From NCBI GenBank assembly GCA_963840455.1, contig CAWIYV010000006.1, positions 1 through 22,627 on the forward strand: a DNA stretch of 22,627 nucleotides, given 5' to 3'. The DNA is from Nitrospirota bacterium. GTDB taxonomy: Bacteria; Nitrospirota; UBA9217. How positions within the stretch are numbered: the stretch's first letter is position 1; every line of letters begins with the position of its first letter. Below, one piece after another: positions 15,340-22,627 of this stretch. The translations under genes were made by a program, and so were the position numbers. The notes below the pieces were generated by a model. It was not told the DNA's origin. It saw only the letters and a program-made list of their open reading frames with translations, and searched no databases.

Positions 15340-15966
15340 TTATCCCTGTCCGGAAGATACCGTAAGCATTACCCAGCCTGCTCCTGCCAATCCCGTGTCA
15401 TTCTGCAAGCGTCCGACCTCGATAGTTTTGCCGTCGAGCGTAACGGTGCATCCCTGCTGGAGTTCCTGTGCCCGATCAGCAAGGTAACCGAGAAGGTCTA
15501 CGGCCTCGACGAGAACGCCCTTCCGCAAGAGGCCGGAGCCAAGCTCGGCCATCAGGAGATTGAAGATCTTTATACTCACCCACCCTTCTACGGGCGCGCA
15601 TGCCATTCCCGTTTCGTGGTAGGTGATCGCGCCGCGGAAGGAGGAATAGGCCCCTCCCCGCCTGAGTGTTGCGCCGACCAGTCCGGGCATGGCGGCCGAG
15701 AGCGCGAGGACCGAGCCGTCGTGTATCAACGCCGCACTGATGTCATCGACCGGTTTGCCGTCGAGCATGATGGACTGGATCTTCTCGATCGTCGCAGGGC
15801 TCGCGCCGATCTCTTCCCGCAGGAATGCATCGACGCTGCAGCCGACGCGGCGCCTGATCTTCACCCCCTGCTGGAGCAGCAGGAAGAACCGCGCGACGAG
15901 CGGCAGGTCCACGACGAACACGAGGCGGGGGTACGGTCCGGCTTCAGCTTTCTGCGTATCGACCAT
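15340..15966 (-). CDS. AOR-associated hypothetical protein, probable tandem ubiquitin-like (beta-grasp) domains
   Basis: IMLDGKPVDD...IHDGSVLALSAAMPG resembles the MoaD C-terminal half; the sequence has an internal repeat. ATG 15966 with GAGGTG RBS (alternative GTG 15975). Confidence 0.75.
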   Translation of the reverse strand: MVDTQKAEAGPYPRLVFVVDLPLVARFFLLLQQGVKIRRRVGCSVDAFLREEIGASPATIEKIQSIMLDGKPVDDISAALIHDGSVLALSAAMPGLVGATLRRGGAYSSFRGAITYHETGMACAPVEGWVSIKIFNLLMAELGSGLLRKGVLVEAVDLLGYLADRAQELQQGCTVTLDGKTIEVGRLQNDTGLAGAGWVMLTVSSGQG

Positions 15967-16011
15967 GTTTGCCACACCTCATTGCACCTGTTATGGACAG
16001 GAGCTGCGAAT

Positions 16012-16074
16012 GGACGCGGACCAATGCTGACCTGGAATTGTGGTCTTATCCGTATTCTGCCGTTATCCGCGTCC
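16012..16074. repeat. Inverted repeat GGACGCGGA / TCCGCGTCC
   Basis: Arms at 16012-16020 and 16066-16074; related to the GACGCGG units at 12835 and 18373. Confidence 0.45.
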
Positions 16075-16143
16075 CACTTGCCTGCTCACGTTCATCGATG
16101 CGGCGCCACAGCAACGCGCCCGAATGCATCCCGAAGGACAATA

Positions 16144-16175
16144 AAAAAAGGAGAGACCTGCGCCTCTCCTTTTTT
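16144..16175 (-). terminator. Intrinsic (bidirectional-type) terminator after aor
   Basis: AAAAAAGGAGAG-8 nt loop-CTCTCCTTTTTT. Confidence 0.85.
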
Positions 16176-16192
16176 GAATCGTATCGTCCGGA

Positions 16193-17929
16193 TTACCAGT
16201 TGAAGACCTTGTCCAGGTCCTCGTCCTTCACTGCGAAGGTGACGTTGTGCGGAGCGAACTTCTCGGTCTTGAAGTAGCTCGGCAGCCGGTCGTGCTGCGG
16301 CGTGAAGCCCGCCGCCTTGTTGAAGTCCCGCTCCATCTTCAGGACCTTCTTCCCCAGGTCGGTCACACCGTCGCCCGTCATGTTGATACCGTAAAAAGCG
16401 CTGATCATATCGAGCAGGGCCTGAAAGGTTTCGGGCTGGTCGAGCACCGCAAAAGCGATGAAGAGGCACATGCCGGTGGAATCGATCGCGGCGGTCGCGA
16501 TCTGGAGGTTCCGGGAGAGCTCCACCTGCCCTTCGGGCTTGAGCGCGTTCACGTCGCCGCCAACCTTCAACACGTTCGCGGTGACCGCGTATCCTGCCGT
16601 GTGGTCCGCGCCCATGGGGCTCGTCGCGTAGGTGACGCCGATGCCCTGCACTGCGCGGGGGTCATAGGCCGGCATCGCCTGGTTCTTGACCACCGGCACC
16701 CGCTCGACACCGAAGGCCTTGCCGGTCATGCCGGCTCCATTGCCGAGGATCCTGCCGAGGTCCGTACCCTTGCCGACCTCGTTAATGAATTTTATCGCCG
16801 CGTCGGCGTCGCCGAACTTGGCGAGGCCGGCTTCCATCGCAACAGCGATCGTCGCGCCCATCTCGATCGTATCGATGCCGTAATTGTCATCGAGGAAATC
16901 CATCATGGCGATCTTGTCCAGGTCGTTGATGCCGCAGTTCCCGCCGTGGGCCCAGACCGTCTCGTATTCGGGCTGCTTGGTGAGGAAATGGCCGTCCTTG
17001 TCATTATAGGTGCCCGAGCACTGGATCACGCAGCCGCTATGGCAGCCGTGGGTTGCCAGCCCCTTGCGCTTTGTCTCGGTCTCGGCCATGGTCTCGCCGC
17101 TGATTTTGGCTGCGCCGTCGAACCGTCCCTGCTTGAAGTTATAGGTGGGATAGCCGCCCACCTCGTTCAGGATGTTGGTGAGCACGTTCGTGCCGTAGGC
17201 CGGGAGGCCCTGGCCCGTGACAGGATGCTTCTTCAGGCCGTCGACGAACCGTTTGTTCGCGTCCTGGAACTTTGCAAGGTCCTTGGGTTCCCGTATCTTC
17301 ATGCCGGCGGCATCGAGGACGATTACCTTGATGTTCTTGGATCCCATGACCGCACCCACGCCGCCGCGGCCAGCGTGTCGCGTGGGCCGCTGTTCCATGT
17401 CGGTGAATGCGATGGTCGCGGCGCCCATCTTCATCTCGCCGGCAGGTCCGATCGATATGCATGAGACCTTGTCTCCGTATTCCTTCTTCATCTTCTCGAC
17501 AAGGTCGTAATTGGGGAGCATCTTGAGGCTGTTATCCTTCGTGATCTTGACGCCGTCCTTGTTGATGAACACCTTGTAGAGATCATCGCCCGTCGGTTTC
17601 CCTTCGAGCACGATCGCGCCATAGCCGAGCTTCGCCAGGACCTGGGACGGCTGCCCTCCGGAGTTCGATTCCTTGATACCGCCGGTAAGCGGGCTCTTGC
17701 AGCCCACGGAGATCCGGCCCGACTGGGCGCCTGCGGTCCCGCTCAAGAGCCCCGGAGCGATCACCAGCTTATTTTCCGCCCCGAGCGGATGACAGAGCGG
17801 CGGGACCTCCTTCGAAACGATCGCCGACGTCAGCGCCCTCCCCCCGAACCCTGCATAGTCGCCCATCGGCGTGGTCTTCGCCTTGGGTCCGCCTTCTGCT
17901 CCTACATCGATCCTTAGAATCTTATCCAT
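16193..17929 (-). CDS. aor: Tungsten-dependent aldehyde:ferredoxin oxidoreductase family protein
   Basis: KSPLTGGIKESNSGG, AGRGGVGAVMGSKNIK, GCHSGCVIQC plus DSTGMC (Fe-S ligands), PEYET, DNYGID, PAYDPR; AGGAGG RBS. Confidence 0.96.
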   Translation of the reverse strand: MDKILRIDVGAEGGPKAKTTPMGDYAGFGGRALTSAIVSKEVPPLCHPLGAENKLVIAPGLLSGTAGAQSGRISVGCKSPLTGGIKESNSGGQPSQVLAKLGYGAIVLEGKPTGDDLYKVFINKDGVKITKDNSLKMLPNYDLVEKMKKEYGDKVSCISIGPAGEMKMGAATIAFTDMEQRPTRHAGRGGVGAVMGSKNIKVIVLDAAGMKIREPKDLAKFQDANKRFVDGLKKHPVTGQGLPAYGTNVLTNILNEVGGYPTYNFKQGRFDGAAKISGETMAETETKRKGLATHGCHSGCVIQCSGTYNDKDGHFLTKQPEYETVWAHGGNCGINDLDKIAMMDFLDDNYGIDTIEMGATIAVAMEAGLAKFGDADAAIKFINEVGKGTDLGRILGNGAGMTGKAFGVERVPVVKNQAMPAYDPRAVQGIGVTYATSPMGADHTAGYAVTANVLKVGGDVNALKPEGQVELSRNLQIATAAIDSTGMCLFIAFAVLDQPETFQALLDMISAFYGINMTGDGVTDLGKKVLKMERDFNKAAGFTPQHDRLPSYFKTEKFAPHNVTFAVKDEDLDKVFNW

Positions 17930-18095
17930 GGTTTCCTCCTGATCGCTCCGAGGTTCTTCCAGAACAACCCCCTCGATTGTTTATGAATTTATGTGCGACA
18001 ATGCTGATAGGGCAGCATCTCATGGTAAGTGCCCCGCGACAGCCTGTGAGAGAATGGATGAGTGTGGATCGGAAACAGCAGACCGTGATGTAAAA

Positions 18096-18124
18096 AGCAT
18101 ACCCCCGCAGAGCATGTTCGTCAA
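18096..18124 (-). promoter_or_regulatory. Sigma70 promoter of aor
   Basis: TTGACG-17 nt-TATGCT, implying a 5' UTR of about 160 nt. Confidence 0.7.
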
Positions 18125-18260
18125 GACGCTTTAATATAATTTCCACGTATTATCAACAGGATAACCACAATTGCTGTTCCTGCGTTGTTCCTTTTGGGCT
18201 ATTGCGCTTCTATCGCCTCTTGCGTTCGTTCAAATACTGTCGAGGGGAGTTTATGCGGGA

Positions 18261-18363
18261 CGGTCATGACCGACGAACGATGTCAGCTAGCGCTGAAAAA
18301 GGCACTGGACACCGATCCGGACGGGCAGACAAGGAAATTGTACCAGGGGTTATCGGAGGGTGA
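18261..18363 (+). pseudogene. Orphan fragment homologous to the 3' end of the BTAD regulator
   Basis: ERCQLALKKALDTDPDGQTRKLYQG versus ERCQLALRKELDIEPDDQTRRVYRS (12736-12810). Ends ATCGGAGGGTGA versus ATCGGAGGATGA, with a 1-nt deletion just before. Confidence 0.85.
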
Positions 18364-18372
18364 AGTGAAATA

Positions 18373-18537
18373 GACGCGGGGAATACGGCAGAACATCCAG
18401 AAGTATTTTGACGCAGACGAACGCGGAAAAGACCAGATTACGAAAACTGCAGTTACCATGCCGTGATCTCACCTTCCTGCCTTCTTACCCTCTTAACCTC
18501 ACACTTATCTCCTCGGCCTCCGCGTCCTCTGCGGTGA
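18373..18537. repeat. Intergenic repeat cluster homologous to 12835-13063
   Basis: GACGCGG, AACTGC..ATGCCGT, ACCTTCCTGCCTTC and CCTCCGCGTCCTCTGCGGTGA occur in the same order as downstream of the regulator. Confidence 0.65.
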
Positions 18538-18544
18538 GAAAGCG

Positions 18545-19741
18545 TTATGGTTTGTTTTTCCGAATCAGAAAATACACCTTCCCTTCCTGCTGCATGTACC
18601 CCGCGGCGATCTGAGCGTCGCTCCCTTGCCCCCAGAACAGGTCCACCCTGCCCGGCCCCTTGATGGCGCCGCCTGTGTCCTGGTTCAGCACGAACCGGGA
18701 GAAGTGTTTCCACTCCTTGATCACCCCGTTCTCGATGACCGGCTTCTGTGTTTCGATGATCGCAAGGGCACCCTTCGGCAGGAGCTTGTTGTCCGTGGCA
18801 ATGGAACGGCCAGGCGTAAGCGGCACGCCGATATTTCCGAGCGACGGCCCCATGTCCATTCGGAAGAAGACGTAGCTCGGGTTCTGGTTCAGGAGCGGCA
18901 CGATCTCGTCAGGGTGCTGCCGGAGGTACTCGCGGATCGCGGGCATGGACATGTTCTCCTTCGCGATGGCGCCTTTGTCGATGAGCTGCTTGCCGAGGCT
19001 CTTGTACTGTCTGCCGTTCTGGCCGTCGTACAGAATGCTCACGATGTTCCCGTTGCCGAGGTCCGCCTTGCCCGAACCCTGGATCTGAAGGAAGTAGATG
19101 TCCACGTGATCGTTGCACCACAGCATCTCGAGGTTCCTGTTCGCAAGCGCCTGCTTCTGGTCGATCTCCTCGCGGGAGTAATAGGGCAGGACCTTCCGGC
19201 CCTCGATCCTGGCGCTGAGCTTGTTCCGCGGGAAGTCGTTGCCGAAGAGCGTGAGGTCGATCTCGATGATGTCGTTCGGCCGTTTGTAGAGCGGGTACTT
19301 GTACACGTCGTCGGCATTGACCCGGCAGGAGAGCATCGGCTCGTAGTAACCCGTGACCAGCACCTTCCCCCATCCGTCCGAGCCCACGGACTGGTAGAAA
19401 TCGAACTCCTTCTTAATCTGCTTGGTCTTTTGTTCGTCAGAGAGCGATGCATTCTCGACGATCAACAGGAAGTTCTGGAGCGTCACAACCATGTCGAGCG
19501 CCGTGACCTTCGCTGGCCCGAACGAGAACGCGGTCTCTGGCGGGAGCTTCTTGTAATATTCCAGGCTCTGGCGCGCAGCAGCAGCGATATCTTTGAAGGC
19601 CAGATCATCCTGCGGCGACACAGACCTCCACCACGACAGCGGCTCCAAGGCCATCTCCGGCCTCGTCACCGGCGGCCTCGCGCAGGCTACGAGGGAGAGG
19701 ATGGCCAGCGATATAAAAATTAACTTCTTTAAATTAATCAT
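18545..19741 (-). CDS. mltA: Membrane-bound lytic murein transglycosylase A (lipoprotein)
   Basis: Lipobox LVAC, VTGYYEP, FLQIQGSG, NPSYVFF, 3D domain QDTGGAIKGPGRVDLFWG. Confidence 0.95.
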   Translation of the reverse strand: MINLKKLIFISLAILSLVACARPPVTRPEMALEPLSWWRSVSPQDDLAFKDIAAAARQSLEYYKKLPPETAFSFGPAKVTALDMVVTLQNFLLIVENASLSDEQKTKQIKKEFDFYQSVGSDGWGKVLVTGYYEPMLSCRVNADDVYKYPLYKRPNDIIEIDLTLFGNDFPRNKLSARIEGRKVLPYYSREEIDQKQALANRNLEMLWCNDHVDIYFLQIQGSGKADLGNGNIVSILYDGQNGRQYKSLGKQLIDKGAIAKENMSMPAIREYLRQHPDEIVPLLNQNPSYVFFRMDMGPSLGNIGVPLTPGRSIATDNKLLPKGALAIIETQKPVIENGVIKEWKHFSRFVLNQDTGGAIKGPGRVDLFWGQGSDAQIAAGYMQQEGKVYFLIRKNKP

Positions 19742-19980
19742 TCTGTGAACTACACCTACAGGCTTGTACTATCACTTGATATATAGGAAGCGCAGAATAC
19801 GGGTTGAAAATTGCCAGTAACGCTCCACAACAAGAACCCACAAAATCTATAAGGTCTAACGCTCAACCTGATACGATAAACGGGGGCAGGTCACGTAGTG
19901 AAGATCGAAGAAGTGAAATGATCTCCCTCCTGCGGCAGCCGCAGGGTCCGCCCATCCATCCCGCAGTGATACACCTCGTG

Positions 19981-20508
19981 TTATTGACCGCCTCCCGAGG
20001 ACGAACGGTTCAGCATCCGCTCCACATTAGGAAACAATTTAATATAGACGGTGATCTTGCCGTCCTTCAGCGCATAGCTCACGTTCAGGGGGTCCATCCC
20101 GCCCACGTTGGTGGCCGGATAGCGGGGAAGGATCTCGAACCCGAGCGTTCCGCCGCTGCCGTCCGGGATCCGGTGAACGCGGATCGCCTCCACCGTGCGG
20201 ACGCCACATCGGACGTGTGTATTCGCCTCGGCGAGGGCCTGGTCGGCGGGAAGGCCTCGCTTAACCTTGTAGGACGTGGCCGGAACATAGAACTCCACCA
20301 TGCCCGCCTTGTCAGGCGCTATCAGGAAGGCGGCGTGCTCGATGTCATCGGGGTACCTGCATCCATAGGTGAAAAGATCGTAGGTCCCTTCAATGCCTTT
20401 CGGATCAGCGGTCTCGCTCCGTAATTGCGTGCCAAGGCTGCACCCCTGAATGGTGAATATTACGATCAGCGCTGCAGCAACGTCAAGGATTTGTCTCTTC
20501 GCCTTCAT
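19981..20508 (-). CDS. Hypothetical lipoprotein
   Basis: ATG 20508 with GGAGG RBS; basic N-region, hydrophobic core and lipobox-like IQGC. Confidence 0.8.
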   Translation of the reverse strand: MKAKRQILDVAAALIVIFTIQGCSLGTQLRSETADPKGIEGTYDLFTYGCRYPDDIEHAAFLIAPDKAGMVEFYVPATSYKVKRGLPADQALAEANTHVRCGVRTVEAIRVHRIPDGSGGTLGFEILPRYPATNVGGMDPLNVSYALKDGKITVYIKLFPNVERMLNRSSSGGGQ

Positions 20509-20528
20509 CGTTCTTTCCTCCCTCTCTC

Positions 20529-20543
20529 TCGCCAATTTGGCGA
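20529..20543. promoter_or_regulatory. Perfect 7-1-7 palindrome, possible operator or 5' UTR hairpin
   Basis: TCGCCAA-T-TTGGCGA just upstream of the lipoprotein RBS. Confidence 0.35.
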
Positions 20544-20764
20544 AATTAAGAAAATCCGGGTGCCTTCATGCCCATAATAATACCACATTCATGCCATTGG
20601 CACCGTGCTGTTTAAGAAAGCGCTATAGTCAAATTAAGGAAAAACGAACAGCCTGATATGTGCACTGCATAAGTATGATGACCTGACCCCGGAAACCTGT
20701 ACAACAGCGAGAGTCGGATTATGGTAGCATAACACCAAAAGCAGGACACACTGCTCAATTAAAC

Positions 20765-20796
20765 AAAAAAAAGCCTTACCTCGGATAAGATAAGGC
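20765..20796 (-). terminator. Intrinsic terminator after the carboxypeptidase gene
   Basis: Minus strand GCCTTATCT-loop-AGGTAAGGC followed by a T run. Confidence 0.8.
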
Positions 20797-20891
20797 CATT
20801 CTTATGCAGCGCATATGACATCTTGTAATATGCACCATTAAGGCACTTTCAGCGAGTGCGACCAGCAGGAAGAAGCTTTTGATGCTAGTTG

Positions 20892-21857
20892 TTACCTAAA
20901 TTGTTGCGAAGAGATTCTCAACAACCGGGAAATCTGAATATCTTTTCCGATCGAGTCCTGCTGCATCCCCGCTGTACTGGGTTTGCTCTTCTTGACGTTT
21001 GTCTTGCCGCTGCCGCGTTTCGTATACCGCGTTTCCAGAAGATTCGCCAGTTCAGGATGTGCGCCGACCTCCGCGAGCATGGAGGTGGCTCTCCAGAGGC
21101 TGGTCCGCGACCGGGCGCCGAGCACCGCGGTAAAGACCGGCCCGCTCTCCGTAGCCATCATGCCCACGAAGCAATGACGCGCATTCCCTGTGTATCCAGT
21201 CTTCCCGATGATCATGGCCTGCTCCTGCCAGAGCAGATGGTTTGAGCTTTCCACGAAGATTTCCCTGCCAGCAGTGGTCAGGATTGTATATTCTTTCGTA
21301 GCCAGGATCTCCCTGATGAGGGGATAGGAGAGCGCCGCCTTCATGATGAGCGCCAGGTCGCTTGCGGTCGAGTACTGGGTCCCGCCTTTCGGCAGACCGG
21401 AGGCGTTCGCGAAGAGCGTATCGCGCGCCCCAAGTTCCTGCGCCTTCCGGTTCATGAGTTCGGTAAATGCAGCCTCCGATCCGGCAGTAGCCTCGGCCAA
21501 AGCCACGGCCGATGAATTGATGGACTTCATGAGCGCGAGATGCAGAAGATCTGCGACCGTCATTTCCTCGTCGGGACAGATCCCCGGAGGGATCGTCTTC
21601 ACCCTGCTGGCATTCCAACTGATCCTGACCACATCATCCGGTTTAAGATGATCGAGTGCAACCATGGCGGTCACAAGCTTGACCGTGCTTGCAGGAGCGA
21701 GCTTTGCATTCGGGAACTTTGCGTAAAGCACCGTGCCGTAGGCGTCCATGACGACCGCGGCCTTGGCAGGCACCGTCTTCCCGGGAAGAGCGGCAGCCGG
21801 GGCAGCGGTGATCAGAAAAGAAGATATAATGATCGCAAAAAGACAGCAGTGTTTCAC
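20892..21857 (-). CDS. D-alanyl-D-alanine carboxypeptidase/endopeptidase (peptidase S11, low-MW PBP)
   Basis: SxxK (PASTVK), SxN (SIN), FANASGL, KTG (GKTGYT); signal peptide. GTG 21857 has a GAGG RBS (alternative ATG 21875). Confidence 0.93.
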   Translation of the reverse strand: MKHCCLFAIIISSFLITAAPAAALPGKTVPAKAAVVMDAYGTVLYAKFPNAKLAPASTVKLVTAMVALDHLKPDDVVRISWNASRVKTIPPGICPDEEMTVADLLHLALMKSINSSAVALAEATAGSEAAFTELMNRKAQELGARDTLFANASGLPKGGTQYSTASDLALIMKAALSYPLIREILATKEYTILTTAGREIFVESSNHLLWQEQAMIIGKTGYTGNARHCFVGMMATESGPVFTAVLGARSRTSLWRATSMLAEVGAHPELANLLETRYTKRGSGKTNVKKSKPSTAGMQQDSIGKDIQISRLLRISSQQFR

Positions 21858-21931
21858 GTTTTCCTCGCTGATCATGAAGAGATCGGACTGGAGCAGCCAT
21901 CACATCGGTGCCCGCGTACCGTGTTGCGCGC

Positions 21932-21960
21932 ATTATGAAGTAATTTGACCGTTTTTTCAA
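21932..21960 (-). promoter_or_regulatory. Sigma70 promoter of the carboxypeptidase
   Basis: TTGAAA-17 nt-CATAAT. Confidence 0.6.
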
Positions 21961-22013
21961 CAATTAATTCTGTGCTTTCGATGAAATCCTGGATGGCTTA
22001 TTGTCCGCGGGTT

Positions 22014-22019
22014 TATAAT
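22014..22019 (+). promoter_or_regulatory. -10 box, leaderless candidate
   Basis: TATAAT then 6 nt to ATG 22026; no SD sequence. Confidence 0.6.
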
Positions 22020-22025
22020 ATCGTC

Positions 22026-22544
22026 ATGGTCTTTTCATATTTCAGGAAGCTTTCGGCCGCCCAGAAGCGCATCTACCAGCGAAGCGATTCCATCATTTCC
22101 GTGCCTTTGCCCGGCGCGGAAGCGCTTCAGCCGCTCATTCCCGTGCTTGCCTCAGCATTGATAAAAGAGGACCGGGAACAGGCGGAAGATATCTGCCGGA
22201 AGCTTGCCTTGGGCATCACAAAATGCCTTTCCATCCCGCCGCTCCGCATTAAGATACTGGCGGTCCGTCCCTCAGCTTCATGGGGTGAGTTGCACGGGCT
22301 GTACGAACCTGCTGAAGGACGGGCATCGGCGGTAATCACACTCTGGATGCGCACGGCCAAACACCGCCGCGTCGTGGCGTTCAAGTCCTTTCTGCGCACA
22401 CTTCTCCACGAACTCTGCCACCACCTGGATTATGAACTCTATCGGCTGCCCGATTCCTTCCACACCGAAGGCTTTTACAAGCGTGAATCCAGCCTGTTCC
22501 ATCAACTTATGCCGGAGCAACGGGGATCAGCTGCTGCCGAATAA
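22026..22544 (+). CDS. Hypothetical HExxH zinc-metalloprotease-like (minigluzincin/SprT-like) protein
   Basis: ELHGLY...ITLWMR...TLLHELCHHLD...HTEGFY: HExxH plus a downstream His followed by xxxF. Confidence 0.8.
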   Translation: MVFSYFRKLSAAQKRIYQRSDSIISVPLPGAEALQPLIPVLASALIKEDREQAEDICRKLALGITKCLSIPPLRIKILAVRPSASWGELHGLYEPAEGRASAVITLWMRTAKHRRVVAFKSFLRTLLHELCHHLDYELYRLPDSFHTEGFYKRESSLFHQLMPEQRGSAAAE

Positions 22545-22627
22545 AAAGCCGTCATCATTGAGTGACGGGCTCTGAATCCGGGATGCTGACGATGGACGGA
22601 CCTTCCGTGACCTCGCGGTCACAACAG

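Noticed and set aside
12736-18363. Duplicated gene ends as diversity-generating retroelement template/variable repeats
   Set aside because: Differences are not adenine-specific, are largely synonymous, and no reverse transcriptase is present.
18185-18373. 62-aa ORF as a real small gene
   Set aside because: TTG start without an RBS; only its 3' half is meaningful, as a BTAD remnant with a 1-nt deletion.
6280-19723. Long antisense ORFs (6280-7293, 7891-8799, 10108-11703, 16247-17464, 18626-19723 and others)
   Set aside because: Shadow frames of well-supported genes in GC-rich DNA.
1-22627. CRISPR array, tRNA, rRNA, integrase or transposase
   Set aside because: No regularly spaced repeat-spacer series, cloverleaf, rRNA-like tract or recombinase motifs seen.

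Overview
A GC-rich bacterial chromosomal segment; gene content and repeat families suggest an anaerobic Nitrospirota- or Desulfobacterota-like organism (inference only). In order it carries a frameshifted P-loop ATPase, a PNPOx-like flavin-binding protein, a class II CPD photolyase, a stand-alone MshEN-like protein, a secreted SGNH/GDSL hydrolase behind a c-di-GMP-I riboswitch, an outer-membrane beta-barrel, a LonC-type protease, a large MalT-like STAND/TPR/BTAD regulator, a tungsten aldehyde:ferredoxin oxidoreductase (AOR) module (aor, a probable double ubiquitin-like protein, moaD, a radical SAM/SPASM maturase, one unknown ORF), mltA, a lipoprotein, a D,D-carboxypeptidase and an HExxH protein. 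The most unusual signal occurs twice: a diverged orphan copy of the 3' end of an intact gene (Lon; the regulator) lies 2.6 kb and 5.5 kb downstream in the same orientation, bracketing accessory cargo, with no integrase in the window. Four genes look leaderless (a -10 box exactly 6 nt before the start codon), and several small palindromic repeat families are present. All calls are from reading motifs by eye; no searches were run.
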